From NCBI GenBank assembly GCA_002269645.1, contig NIVC01003058.1, forward strand, positions 58,317 to 122,316: a stretch of 64,000 nucleotides of DNA, given 5' to 3'. Both the position numbers and the translations under genes were made by a program. Source of the stretch: Macrostomum lignano. Taxonomy: Eukaryota. Below are positions 40,850 to 52,592 of the stretch, piece by piece; positions within the stretch are counted from its first letter, which is position 1, and each line of letters starts with the position of its first letter. The notes below the pieces were generated by a model. It was not told the origin of the DNA. It saw only the letters and a program-made list of their open reading frames with translations, and made no database searches.

Positions 40850-41320
40850 CGTCTTTAGATGTGTCTCTAGAGCAGCCGTTATTTAAATGTTTCTTTACAG
40901 CCACCTCTAGAACCGGATTTAGATGTCTCTAGAATAGTCTTTAGATGTGTCTAAAATCGCTTTGATTTGGATGTGTCTCTAGATCCGCCTTTAGATGTGT
41001 CTAGAATCGCCTTTATTTAGATGTGTCTCTAGAGTAGTCTTTAGATGCCTCTAGAATCGCCTTTATTTAGATATGTCTCTAGAGTAGTCTTTAGATGTGT
41101 CTAGAATCGCCTTTATTTAGATATGACTCTAGAGTAGTCTTTAGATGTCTCTAGAATCGCCTTTATTTAGATATGTCTTCAGAGTAGTCTTTGGATGTCT
41201 GTAGAATCGCCTTTATTTAGAAGTGTCTCTAGAATCGCATTTAGATGTGTCTCTAAAGTAGTCTTTAGATGTGTCTCTAGAGTTATCTTCAGGTGTGTCT
41301 TTAGAGCAGCCGTTATTTAA
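40850..41320. repeat. Degenerate TTAGATGTGTCTCTAGAATCGCC repeat upstream of PPIE
   Basis: Recurrent TAGATGTGTCTCTAGA words. Confidence 0.8.
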
Positions 41321-41459
41321 ATGTGTCTCTATGAAACTGAAATTCTATTTGCATCAATTTTCACTTATATCTCACAATGTTTCAGCCGGCAAAACTCTGC
41401 TTTGGTCCACATTAAAACAAACAAATTAAACGTGCAAGCAAACCTGCAGAGCGGCAGCC

Positions 41460-42791
41460 ATGGCCAGCATGCCGGAATTCCAGATGCCCAAAGGCTCCTA
41501 CAATCCGCTCAACAAGCGCATTGTTTACGTTGGCGGATTGGCCGACGAAGTTGATCAGAAAGTTTTACACGCCGCCTTCATTCCGTTTGGTGACATTGTG
41601 GACATTTCTATCCCGCTGGACTACCAGTCTAGCAAGCACCGCGGCTTCGCTTTCGTTGAATTCGAATCTGCCGAGGATGCAGCCGCCGCTATCGATAATA
41701 TGAACGAGGGAGAGCTCTACGGCCGCACTCTGCGCGTCAATATTGCCAGGTGCGTCTGTGGGATAAGACAGGTGCACGGCCTCCCAGTTCCTCAGTTGCT
41801 TGGCCAGCCTCCCAGATCCTCAGTTGCTGGTCCAACCTCCCAGATCCTCAGTTGCTGGGCCAACATCCCACCAAATCGTCAGTTGCTGGGCGACCATCCC
41901 AAATCGTCAGTTTCTGGGCCAGCCTCCCAGATCCTCAGTTGCTGGGCCAGCATCCCAAATCGTCAGTTGCTAGGCCAGCCTTCGAGATGCTTAGTGGCGA
42001 CCTTTCTAGACTAATAAGAAACGGAGGATTAACAGGGTGAGGCCATCATCACCAAACCCCTCACCCCTTGCAGGCCGGTGCGCATTCGCGAAGGCTGGGG
42101 CCGGCCAGTCTGGTCAGACGACAACTGGTTGAAGAAATTCGGCGGCGCCACTCTGCAGAATCGGCCAGACGGCGAGGCTGCCGATGGCAACGGGGGCGGC
42201 TCTGCAGCGGCAGCAGAAGTATCTTCAGAAAAGCCAGCAGAAGCGGCCGCCGCTTCTACAGACAGCCAGCCAGCCGCTAAGCGTTCAAAGACAGGCGGTG
42301 GAAATCCTCGGGTTTACCTGGACATCAGCATTGGCGGCCGATCGGCAGGTAGAATCGTTGCCGAATTGCGCAAGGACGTTGTGCCAAAGACCGCCGAGAA
42401 TTTCCGCTGTCTGTGCAGCCACGAGCGCGGATTCGGGTTCAGGGGCTCGAAGTTTCATCGAATCATACCCGGCTTCATGTGCCAGGGCGGCGACTTCACT
42501 AAAGGCAACGGCACTGGCGGCAAGTCCATCTACGGGGAGAAGTTTCAAGACGAGAATTTCACGCTCAGACACACCGGCCCTGGCGTGCTGTCTATGGCCA
42601 ATAGCGGCCCAAACACTAACGGCTCGCAGTTCTTCATCTGCACTGAAGCCACGGTCTGGCTGGATAATAAGCACGTAGTATTTGGCCGGGTGGTTGAAGG
42701 CATGCCAGTTGTAAGAAAAATGGAATCCATGGGGTCCAAATCTGGGAAGCCTAGTCAACCTGTGGTTGTTGAGGATTGCGGCGAACTATGA
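41460..42791 (+). CDS. PPIE: Peptidyl-prolyl isomerase E (cyclophilin 33; RRM + cyclophilin), 2 exons, ~335 aa
   Basis: Exons 41460-41749 and 42074-42791 (phase 2). RRM ([16 protein letters not shown]), linker [10 protein letters not shown], cyclophilin domain ([50 protein letters not shown]). Confidence 0.96.
41775..41985. repeat. Diverged 28-bp minisatellite in PPIE intron
   Basis: CCTCCCAGATCCTCAGTTGCTGG units identical to the 34410-34690 array. Confidence 0.85.
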
Positions 42792-43325
42792 GTTCAATAA
42801 TTGTACTGTAACTTTTGTACTTTCTTATTTTACTGTGTCGTTTAACAGTAGAACATAGTGCTATAGTACATATTAGCCCGCCCTCAAATTACGGATCAGA
42901 AGTGGTGTACATGTATTAATTTATTAAGCTATCTTTAATTTGAAGTGTAAACTCGTTAGGATTAGTTTGTTATACCCACTCTAATAGCATATTTCAAATT
43001 CAGACCAGAACAATTAAGGTCATGTCAATTTAGTGCGCTAACTCTCGAGTTGTAAAAGTACAGTGCATCCGGGTTGTTGCATATTTGTCATTTTGTTGCG
43101 CTAAAATGTTTTTTCTCTCAAATAAAATGATCCCCGACACCCCGAGAGCGGCTTAATGCATTTCGTGTTTATATAAACAATACTTCAGTTTTTCTTCGAT
43201 AATTTATAAAATTGATTTGCATTAAAATACAAGTCGTTTGTGCCTCGTGAAATAAACATTCACCGTTACGTTTCCCCTCACCGATTTCAGTAGCAAACAA
43301 TTCACAATCGAAGAGGCACATCAAC

Positions 43326-43745
43326 ATGAGCTGTCTGCATTCCTGTCCGTTCTGTTCGAAGAGCTTCTCCCAATCGCGTGCATCTGCAGCGCTGTACCTG
43401 CGTCACGTGCAGTCTCACTCCGTGGACTGCGACTCGGAGTCTGAGTCAGTTCGAACTCCTACCGGACGGAAGTCTTACGAGTGCCAGTTGTGCGGCAAGA
43501 ATTTCTGTAGTTCAAATGGTCTCTCTTATCATGTAAGACTGCACACAGGTGAAAAGCCTTACCAGTGCCAGGTGTGCCACAAGATGTTCAGTCGTCCAAG
43601 TGGTCTCTCTTATCATGTAAGACTGCACACAGGTGAACGGCCTTACCCATGCCAGGTGTGCGGCAAGAAGTTCAATGATTCAACTTCTCTCACCCGTCAT
43701 ATAAGTTTAAAAAGATTCTCAAATTTGTGTGCATTTCATGTTTAA
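43326..43745 (+). CDS. C2H2 zinc-finger protein (copy A; last finger truncated)
   Basis: Atypical N-terminal CPFC...H...H finger, two complete fingers with TGEKPY/TGERPY linkers, and a third finger lacking its second His. Confidence 0.75.
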   Translation: MSCLHSCPFCSKSFSQSRASAALYLRHVQSHSVDCDSESESVRTPTGRKSYECQLCGKNFCSSNGLSYHVRLHTGEKPYQCQVCHKMFSRPSGLSYHVRLHTGERPYPCQVCGKKFNDSTSLTRHISLKRFSNLCAFHV

Positions 43746-44049
43746 TTTCTTTTTGTCTGAATATTTCTCTGGCTTCCTATTTTATCTGTGAAGCTCGTTA
43801 ATTCTAATTTACATCATTTAGTATTACATTTACAGTAGGTAACACTACAATGTAACAGTATGCGCATGATGCTTTTGCAAGCTTTTTGCATGATTTTTTG
43901 TTATCTATTTTTGTATCGATTTATGATTAATTATTTCAAAATTAGTTAGATTATTTTTTTTAACTAATATACAATACTAAGGCAGTTGACTGACTGTCAG
44001 TACTGTTTACGAAACCGTAGATTATGAAGTTCTGTTTTCCAATGTCAGG

Positions 44050-45446
44050 GTCTAGGACTCCCTGTCTCCTCACTCCATATATTAGTGTCTAGGACTCCCT
44101 GTCTCCTCACTCCATATATTAGTGTCTAGGACTCCCTGTCTCCTCACTCCATATATTAGTGTCTAGGACTCCCTGTCTCCTCACTCCATATATTAGTGTC
44201 TAGGACTCCCTGTCTCCTCACTCCATATATTAGTGTCTAGGACTCCCTGTCTCCTCACTCCATATATTAGTGTCTAGGACTCCCTGTCTCCTCACTCCAT
44301 ATATTAGTGTCTAGGACTCCCTGTCTCCTCACTCCATATATTAGTGTCTAGGACTCCCTGTCTCCTCACTCCATATATTAGTGTCTAGGACTCCCTGTCT
44401 CCTCACTCCATATATTAGTGTCTAGGACTCCCTGTCTCCTCACTCCATATATTAGTGTCTAGGACTCCCTGTCTCCTCACTCCATATATTAGTGTCTAGG
44501 ACTCCCTGTCTCCTCACTCCATATATTAGTGTCTAGGACTCCCTGTCTCCTCACTCCATATATTAGTGTCTAGGACTCCCTGTCTCCTCACTCCATATAT
44601 TAGTGTCTAGGACTCCCTGTCTCCTCACTCCATATATTAGTGTCTAGGACTCCCTGTCTCCTCACTCCATATATTAGTGTCTAGGACTCCCTGTCTCCTC
44701 ACTCCATATATTAGTGTCTAGGACTCCCTGTCTCCTCACTCCATATATTAGTGTCTAGGACTCCCTGTCTCCTCACTCCATATATTAGTGTCTAGGACTC
44801 CCTGTCTCCTCACTCCATATATTAGTGTCTAGGACTCCCTGTCTCCTCACTCCATATATTAGTGTCTAGGACTCCCTGTCTCCTCACTCCATATATTAGT
44901 GTCTAGGACTCCCTGTCTCCTCACTCCAGATATTAGTGTCTAGTAGGACTCCCTGTCTCCTCACTCCAGATATTAGTGTCTAGTAGGACTCCCTGTCTCC
45001 TCACTCCAGATATTAGTGTCTAGTAGGACTCCCTGTCTCCCCACTCCAGATATTAGTGTCTAGTAGGACTCCCTGTCTCCTCAGTCCAGATATTAATGTC
45101 TAGTAGGACTCCCTGTCTTCTCACTCCAGATATTAGTGTCTAGGACTCCCTGTCTCCTCACTCCAGATATTAGTGTCTAGTAGGACTCCCTGTCTCCTCA
45201 CTCCAGATATTAGTGTCTAGTAGGACTCCCTGTCTTCTCACTCCAGATATTAGTGTCTAGTAGGACTCCCTGTCTTGTCACTCCAGATATTAGTGTCTAG
45301 TAGGACTCCCTGTCTCCTCACTCCAGATATTAGTGTCTAGTAGGACTCCCTGTCTTCTCACTCCAGATATTAGTGTCTAGTAGGACTCCCTGTCTTGTCA
45401 CTCCAGATATTAGTGTCTAGTAGGACTCCCTGTCTTCTCACTCCAG
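44050..45446. repeat. 37-bp minisatellite switching to a 40-bp variant
   Basis: TATTAGTGTCTAGGACTCCCTGTCTCCTCACTCCATA is homogeneous to ~44925, then carries a +TAG variant. Confidence 0.97.
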
Positions 45447-45505
45447 CTGTACTCTTTTGAGTATTTGGTGAATTGAGGTAATTGAACCCATATTGAATCC
45501 CGCAG

Positions 45506-46096
45506 CATTGTCCAGTGGCACTACTGACTCTATCGCTGCTATTAAGCAGCAGGCATTGTGAGGCTGAAGAGCTGCCAATTGTTGATCGAGCTGGATTAAA
45601 TTATCAATCGCAGGTGTATAACGAATCTACTGGCGATGTCTACTATCCCGAGGGTCCCCTGCTGCCCTGTCGTTTGCTGCCGCCAGATCTAGTAAAGTGC
45701 AACCCGCCGCTAGACCTAAAAGGCAATGTCAGCCTGAAAGACTCTCTAGGTCACGGCTGCACTAAATGGGGCGGTCAAAGTTATCACAAAGTTGAGCACA
45801 CTAAACTGCAGTGCTTCGCTTTGCAAGACATCGAATGCTACGGCAATAGGACCTTCCTGCGCGGCCGGGCGCCCTGTTTAAAGTACAGCGGGCACTATTT
45901 CCTCACCACTCTGTTGTACTCGGTGTTCCTAGGCTTCCTAGCCATAGACAGATTCTGTCTGGGACACACTGGCGCCGCTATTGGCAAGATGCTCTGCCTT
46001 GGCGGCTTCGGCATCTGGTGGATTGTGGACATCATTCTACTGTGCACTGGTAGTCTGAGGCCAGCTGATGAGAGCAGCTGGGTGCCTTATTATTGA
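45506..46096 (+). CDS. TM2D2: TM2 domain-containing protein 2 (amaretto-like); start codon not encoded in this exon
   Basis: GHGCTKWGGQ, QCFALQDIEC, RTFLR..PCLKYSGHYFLTTLLYSVFLG, DRFCLGHTG, GGFGIWWIVDIILL match TM2D2. Acceptor CCCGCAG ends at 45505; in-frame TGA at 45494 and no upstream ATG. Confidence 0.9.
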   Translation, partial: HCPVALLTLSLLLSSRHCEAEELPIVDRAGLNYQSQVYNESTGDVYYPEGPLLPCRLLPPDLVKCNPPLDLKGNVSLKDSLGHGCTKWGGQSYHKVEHTKLQCFALQDIECYGNRTFLRGRAPCLKYSGHYFLTTLLYSVFLGFLAIDRFCLGHTGAAIGKMLCLGGFGIWWIVDIILLCTGSLRPADESSWVPYY

Positions 46097-46992
46097 TGTA
46101 GCTCGAATTTGTGAACTCGCTATATTTTCTTTGAAATTGACTTTTTTATTATTTATGCGCTGCAGGAAAAAAGCATTGGTTCTTGGCAACGCAAATCTCG
46201 GCGGGAAATTAGTCTGCGGGCAATTCCCATGGACCCGAATTATTGTTTTAAATATTTTGTACTAAAAAGTTCAAAAGTAACTCTTTTATGTAATATTGAG
46301 TGAAAATATTCTTTGGAAACATTTGAGTCTTTTAAAAAAATGTATCTTTTATGAATCATATATATATATATGAATAGAAATTTCAGAATAATGATTCCAT
46401 GAAACCTTAGCATTGTAGTTGACATCAGTGGCATAACTTTTAAATATCAAACAAAAAATAAAATCATTTGTGTGCATGTTTTTTATTTTTTAGTCAGCTT
46501 GCAATTTTGTGTTTAAAATTTCCACTGAACTAACTTATGTTCAATGTAGATACGACTGTGACTGTAAATTTTCTTGACTTGTGTTAAAAATACTTTTACT
46601 CGTAAATCTTCACATTCGTGTGGTTTGATTGATGTGGCGATTGTGTTCCTAATTATAAATACACAGTTTTCTGCGGTTTTCTATATTGCAACGATTTTCT
46701 TGCATTGTCTATTGACAGTAGTGATTTCATTTACAAGTATTATCGGCGATTTATAGTTATCGCTACAAAAATTAATTGTTTTGGTAGTTTCACTACACTT
46801 TTTATGGTCACTCCAGTTGCTATGGTAGGTAGCTGGTTGCTACGATACTCCCCTTTCTATAGTGCCTTTCTACTTTCTTTAAAATTCAAGTCGTTTGCGC
46901 ATCCTGAAATTAGCACTCGTCGTTTTAATTAACTCTGTTTCCCTTCACCGATTTCAGTAGCAAACAATTCACAATCGAAGAGGCACATCAAC

Positions 46993-47565
46993 ATGAGCTG
47001 TCTGCATTCCTGTCCGTTCTGTTCGAAGAGCTTCTCCCAATCGCGTGCATCTGCAGCGCTGTACCTGCGTCACGTGCAGTCTCACTCCGTGGACTGCGAC
47101 TCGGAGTCTGAGTCAGTTCGACCTCCTGCCGGACGGCAGTCTTACGAGTGCCAGGTGTGCGGCAAGAAGTTCAAGGATCCAACTTCTGTACCCCGTCATT
47201 TAAGGCTGCACACAGGTAAAGAGTCTTTTCAGTGCCAGGTGTGCGGCAAGAAGTTCAGTCGTGCAGATATTCTCTCTCGTCATGTAAAAGTGCACACAGG
47301 TGAAAAACCTCATCCATGCCAGGTGTGCGGCAAGAAGTTTATTGATTTAAATTCTCTCACCCGTCATATACGCCTGCACACAGGTGAAAGGCCTTACGAA
47401 TGCCGGGTGTGCGGCAAAAAGTTCCATCGTTCAGATAGTCTCTCTTATCATGTAAAACGGCACACAGATAAAAGGCAACTTATCGAATCAATTGAGCGTA
47501 CACAAAGGCGAAAAGGGCTTGGTCAAAGCATAGTGTGCTTCGAGAAGTTCTTTAATGATTCTTAA
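46993..47565 (+). CDS. C2H2 zinc-finger protein (copy B; four canonical fingers)
   Basis: Same N-terminus as copy A, then four CxxC-x12-HxxxH fingers with TGK/TGE linkers. Confidence 0.85.
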   Translation: MSCLHSCPFCSKSFSQSRASAALYLRHVQSHSVDCDSESESVRPPAGRQSYECQVCGKKFKDPTSVPRHLRLHTGKESFQCQVCGKKFSRADILSRHVKVHTGEKPHPCQVCGKKFIDLNSLTRHIRLHTGERPYECRVCGKKFHRSDSLSYHVKRHTDKRQLIESIERTQRRKGLGQSIVCFEKFFNDS

Positions 47566-47959
47566 CTTGATACGAGATCAATGTCTGACTAATGCTACGG
47601 CTCTGTAGTTTCTACGTGCGAGCTCGTCTTTTCTAAAGTACATCATTTGCTATCACATCTAAGTAGGTAATACTGCGATGTAACAGTATGTACATATAAG
47701 TTCTGATACTTTTTGTAAGCTTTCGTATAAAATAGTAGTTCCTTTAGTAATCTGTATTATTATGTAATACAAATAATTGTGTAGTCTTCATGCTTCGAAT
47801 TACGAGCGTATTTTGCTTTTACTATGAAGCTAATTTATTATTTTATTCCTCTGCATGTACAACTTTAAAGATTTATAAACAAATATACAAAGGCAGTCTA
47901 CTGACTGTCAGTACTTTTTTGAAACAGTAGCTTGTCAAAGTTCTGTTTTACTATATCAA

Positions 47960-48675
47960 GATCAAGGACCCCCTGTCTTCCACTCCAGAGATTAGTGTGT
48001 CCTGGACTCCTGTCTTCTCACTCCAGAGATTAGTGTGTCCTGGACTCCTGTCTCCTCACTCCAGAGATTAGTGTGTCTGGGACCCTCTGTCTCCCACTTT
48101 AGATGTTAGTGTGTCTAGGACCCCTGTCTTCCACACCAGTTATCAGTGTGTCCTGGACTCTGTCTTCTCACTCCAGAGATTAGTGTGTCTGGGACCCCTG
48201 TCTCCCACTTTAGATGTTAGTGTGTCTAGGACCCCCTGTCTTCCACACCAGTTATCAGTGTGTCCTGGACTCTGTCTTCTCACTCCAGAGATTAGTGTGT
48301 CTGGGACCCCTGTCTCCCACTTTAGATGTTAGTGTGTCTAGGACCCCCTGTCATCCACTCCAGTTATCAGTGTGTCCTGGACTCTGTCTTCTCACTCCAG
48401 AGATTAGTGTGTCTGGGACCCCTGTCTCCCACTTTAGATGTTAGTGTGTCTAGGACCCCCTGTCATCCACTCCAGTTATCAGTGTGTCCTGGACTCTGTC
48501 TTCTCACTCCAGAGATTAGTGTGTCTGGGACCCCTGTCTCCCACTTTAGATGTTAGTGTGTCTAGGACCCCCTGTCTTCCACTCCAGTTATCAGTGTGTC
48601 CTGGACTCCTGTCTTCTCACTCCAGAGATTAGTGTGTCTGGGACCCCCTGTCTTCCACTCCAGTTATCAGTGTGT
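47960..48675. repeat. 112-bp higher-order repeat of three ~37-bp monomers, related to the 44050 satellite
   Basis: Identical ORFs start at 48214, 48326 and 48438 (112-nt period); monomers share TTAGTGTGTCT(A/G)GGAC...CTGTCT...CACT. Confidence 0.9.
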
Positions 48676-48998
48676 GACACGTTAGCATTATATTTAGTGA
48701 ATTTATTCTTGTGGAACAGAGTTTTTTGAAATATATATTTTTGCAATGATGACCGATGGGCACTTATAAAGACTTTCTCTGTCTGCAGGCGTCTAAATAT
48801 TTATTAATTGAAATTTCAGGAAAATAATTCCATGAAACTTTAGCATAACAGTTGGCATTCTGATTGCTATAGTAGTTAGCTAACCTGGTTGCTATGATGC
48901 TCCAGTTGCTATGGTAGGTATATTATGAGCCAGTAAGTAGTATGTTATTTGCCTAAAAATAAATCTTAATTTTCCTCCCAAAATGCTTCAGCACCTAA

Positions 48999-49760
48999 AT
49001 GGAGCTTCCTCAAATAAATCTGAATTCCACAATCCCCGACTCCTCTTCACCTGACGACGTTAAGCCCGCACAGATCGGAGATCAAAAACCAACAATTGTT
49101 AAGCTTGAAACTGAACAGCAATTGCTGCTAAATGAGGATCAACAAATTAAGCCGGATCAACAGGATGCGGCTGGGGACTGTCTTGAACAGGCCCCAGCCG
49201 CAGCTGGTGACTCAGACCAGCCAGACAGTTCCAGAGTATCTGGCAAATGCTTTCAATGCGACTTCTGCGGCAAGCGTTTGTCCCAGCGAAGTCACCTGAT
49301 GGCTCACCTGAGCATTCACACCGGGGAGAAGCCGTTCCAATGCACCCAGTGCAACAAAACCTTCTCCCGGCCCGGCTACCTCCGCGTACACAGTCGAGCT
49401 GTGCACGACAATGAGCGGCGACATCTGTGCAGATTCTGCGGCAAAGCCTTCCCGGAGACGTCCAGCCTTGGCAGGCACCTGCGCACTCACACAGGTGAAC
49501 GACCTTTTGAGTGCCGCCTGTGCGGCATGCGATTCACCCAATCTGGCAGCCTCACCGATCATCAACGGATGCACACGGGCGATAGGCCTTTTGCCTGCGA
49601 AATCTGCGGAGCTAGATTCAGTAGAGCATTTTCGCTGGCTAGTCACCAGAGAATACACAATGGCGACAAGCCGTTTAAGTGTATTGTGTGCGGTAAGGCT
49701 TTCTCTCAGTCGGGTCATCTGTACCGGCATCAGCGTTCTAATCATGGCAGTCCGTATTGA
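48999..49760 (+). CDS. C2H2 zinc-finger protein, six fingers, 253 aa
   Basis: ATG 48999; six tandem fingers with TGEKPF/TGERPF/TGDRPF linkers. Confidence 0.9.
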   Translation: MELPQINLNSTIPDSSSPDDVKPAQIGDQKPTIVKLETEQQLLLNEDQQIKPDQQDAAGDCLEQAPAAAGDSDQPDSSRVSGKCFQCDFCGKRLSQRSHLMAHLSIHTGEKPFQCTQCNKTFSRPGYLRVHSRAVHDNERRHLCRFCGKAFPETSSLGRHLRTHTGERPFECRLCGMRFTQSGSLTDHQRMHTGDRPFACEICGARFSRAFSLASHQRIHNGDKPFKCIVCGKAFSQSGHLYRHQRSNHGSPY

Positions 49761-52592
49761 TTTTTGCAGATTGCGCAGTTTGACAGCTTGGCATTTTGGC
49801 AATTCTAAAAATAGCATCATCTGTCATTTTTAGTATAGTGGACTAGCTCACTTGGCCCTCCTTGGGGGTACGCTCGTAGTCTGGACGGACAGCAAGAATT
49901 TCAGCAAGAAATGGGTTTGAATCGGCTAAATTATTAAGCAGTACACAGAAACTTAGGGGGCATAACGGCATTTACTACTTCGGCACTAAAGGTACTAAAG
50001 TCACACTAAAAGTACTAAAGATAATAACTGACTCACGAAATCTCGAAGACTCAAATAAAACTTACACAGTTGTGCACCGATTTTTTGGATGTTTTGCAAG
50101 CTACCCCTAATTTCATTGCAATATTTAACTATTGTCCGTTAAAATTCTAACTAACGGGAGTGTAGTTTTTGCAGCTCTACTGAATACAGTAATTTGCAAT
50201 AGTTTATTTATGCTTATCCATTTCCTGATCTGAGATTTTTAAACTGCACGTGACTCTGTTAGAATCTCTGAGCAGCAGTTATGAGATATGGTACAATTAG
50301 CAATACGTCATTTTTTATCATCGCTGAACTCGCACGCAAAACGCAGGTTGCCCTTAAATGAGCCGTTTAATATATTAAAATGAAACGTAAACACTCAATG
50401 TTCATTGGGTCTATTTAAGCAGGTCTGACTTTAAGCAAATGTTACATTTTTGTTATATACTAAATTAGATAGTGAAATACAATATATAAAATATACATGT
50501 TGTCTGTCATTTTTAGCTTACTAATTTTTATATCAGCTGTTTATTAATGTACGAGTAATTACACGCTATATAGAAATCCCTAGTTAGATTTATGATTGTA
50601 AAACGAATCTAACATTTCACTTGTGTGCTAGTCTTTATCCCACAGTATTTATGCTAATGCAATAAACGTATCTATTTGTTGTTTTTCTTATTATTCTACT
50701 TAAATTATTAGTAGTAAAAGTCTTTAATGGTCGGAAATAAATATAATATAAACCTATAAGTATTTGATGTTTTTTACTTAAAAGTAAAACTACAAGCTAA
50801 TAAAATGGTTTCACGCTGTCTGACGAAATATGAAAGATTCCGTTCATTGCATAATCACTATTGTAAATTGTAAAGAAGATACTCGTATTTACAAAGATAA
50901 CCATTCGATCTGGTTCTAGCTGAAACTATCGAATAATACAATAGTTCTCATCTCGGTAGTATACTTTTCACGAAACCTGTTTTAAAAGTTCTAAAAAGCA
51001 AATTTTTTTTAGCTAAGCAATGCTGGTCGCGGTTAGTCTGCAACTGAATTGAATAGGCTGCTTGATGAGGGTCGGGGGGGGGGGGGTGTGTAGCCAGGAT
51101 TTTTATTTGGAGGGCCGCTTATTATTATACGAACTCTTTATACGAGCGTACATGTAGTTTAGAACGAGGGCAGGGGTCCGCAAACCCCGCCAGCCCTCGG
51201 GTCCTTTAAAACTTCACAATGGCAATCCGGCCCGCTCAAAGTTTGTCTCTTCTCAGCTCTCTTTTTCCGCTCTACTCTGCTCTCCTTTCCTTATACGAGC
51301 GTATCGATTTTATCTCGTCTCTCACCTACATGATCTTTCTTCTCTATTCTCCTTTCCTCTCTACTAACCCGTAGCAATGATCAAGATTCCTTATCTGGCC
51401 CATAAGCTAAAAAAAGTTTCCCGACCCCTAAACTAATGAATACGAGTACAATGACGGGACCACATGATTGGTAAAACTAAGGGTTTGAATTCCCTGGTAA
51501 GGAGCCATTGGCCCACTTTGGATGAAAAACAAAATGAAATAGAGCCAGTCCTGACTCTGTGCATATATTTTAGGCAGCCATACAACACACGGACAAAGCA
51601 CTGTGGCAGGTTTCTGAATATTGATCATTCTTAAGTTAACTGTCGATGCCAGAAGCCGCCATCTCAGGGCGTGATTAACTGCCAAATATATATAACGTAC
51701 ATGTAGAAGTGCGAAATTCGATTCTAAATCATAAAGTGACACAGCTAGACGCGCTTTAGACGCAAATCAGTGATTCTACAGCAACTCTAGGGCCCCCGAG
51801 TTGCTGCAGAGTATAGCAGACAATAAAACGCCTCAAATTGACTTTTAGACGACTTATACCGTGACTACTCGTCGTTTTATAGTCGTCTAGAGTAAGTACA
51901 ATTCTTTCCTATTTTACCTGCGAAAAATACATGTACAGTACCTGCAACGACTCTGGGGTGACGCAAGTGACTCTGGGTCGCTTCTTGGCCTGGGCACCGC
52001 GTTTCCATTGGGCCGGCCAACTCCGCCCCGATCCACTCTTGCCCGGCGGTCCAGGAGCCGCATGGCACCGCCGTTAAATCCACCATGACGATGAAGAGCT
52101 GAGACTCTGTCTCTCTCCGAACTCTAAAAGAGGGTAAACAATTATCCCTTCAGCTTCGAAAATCTTATTTTTCGCAGGAGCTTTGGTCACGTGACCATAC
52201 GAGCTACAAGTTATTTTGTACATGTTCAATAGGCAATTTTGCCTTATTACAAATTAAGAGGCGATTCATTCCAAAAAAATTGTTTTAATAATATTCCAAG
52301 ATTCATAATTGCTTTTCATAGACGACGAGTTCAGGAAAAGTACATTTGCAACACTACGAGAGTAGGCAATCATCAGATCTTATATTAAACACAACCTTGG
52401 GAAAGTTGGCTGTTTGTTGGGGATGGGCATAAATAAAGTTAAAAAGGACGCAGATAAACTTGCGAAACGTCGTGTGATTTCCATTAAAAACCGGTTTCTG
52501 CTGAAAAATCAAGTAGCTACTGGGAAACCCTTTTAATTTACTGACGCGTAGTTTGCCATGGAAAGCTGCATGGCAACCAGGAACAGCTCTGT

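Noticed and set aside
43700-45515. ZF-A to TM2D2 fusion via ATA A|GTTTAA joined to AG 45515 (would create A|TG)
   Set aside because: Both sites are weak, and a zinc-finger protein fused before a signal peptide is implausible; the stronger phase-0 acceptor at 45505 explains TM2D2.
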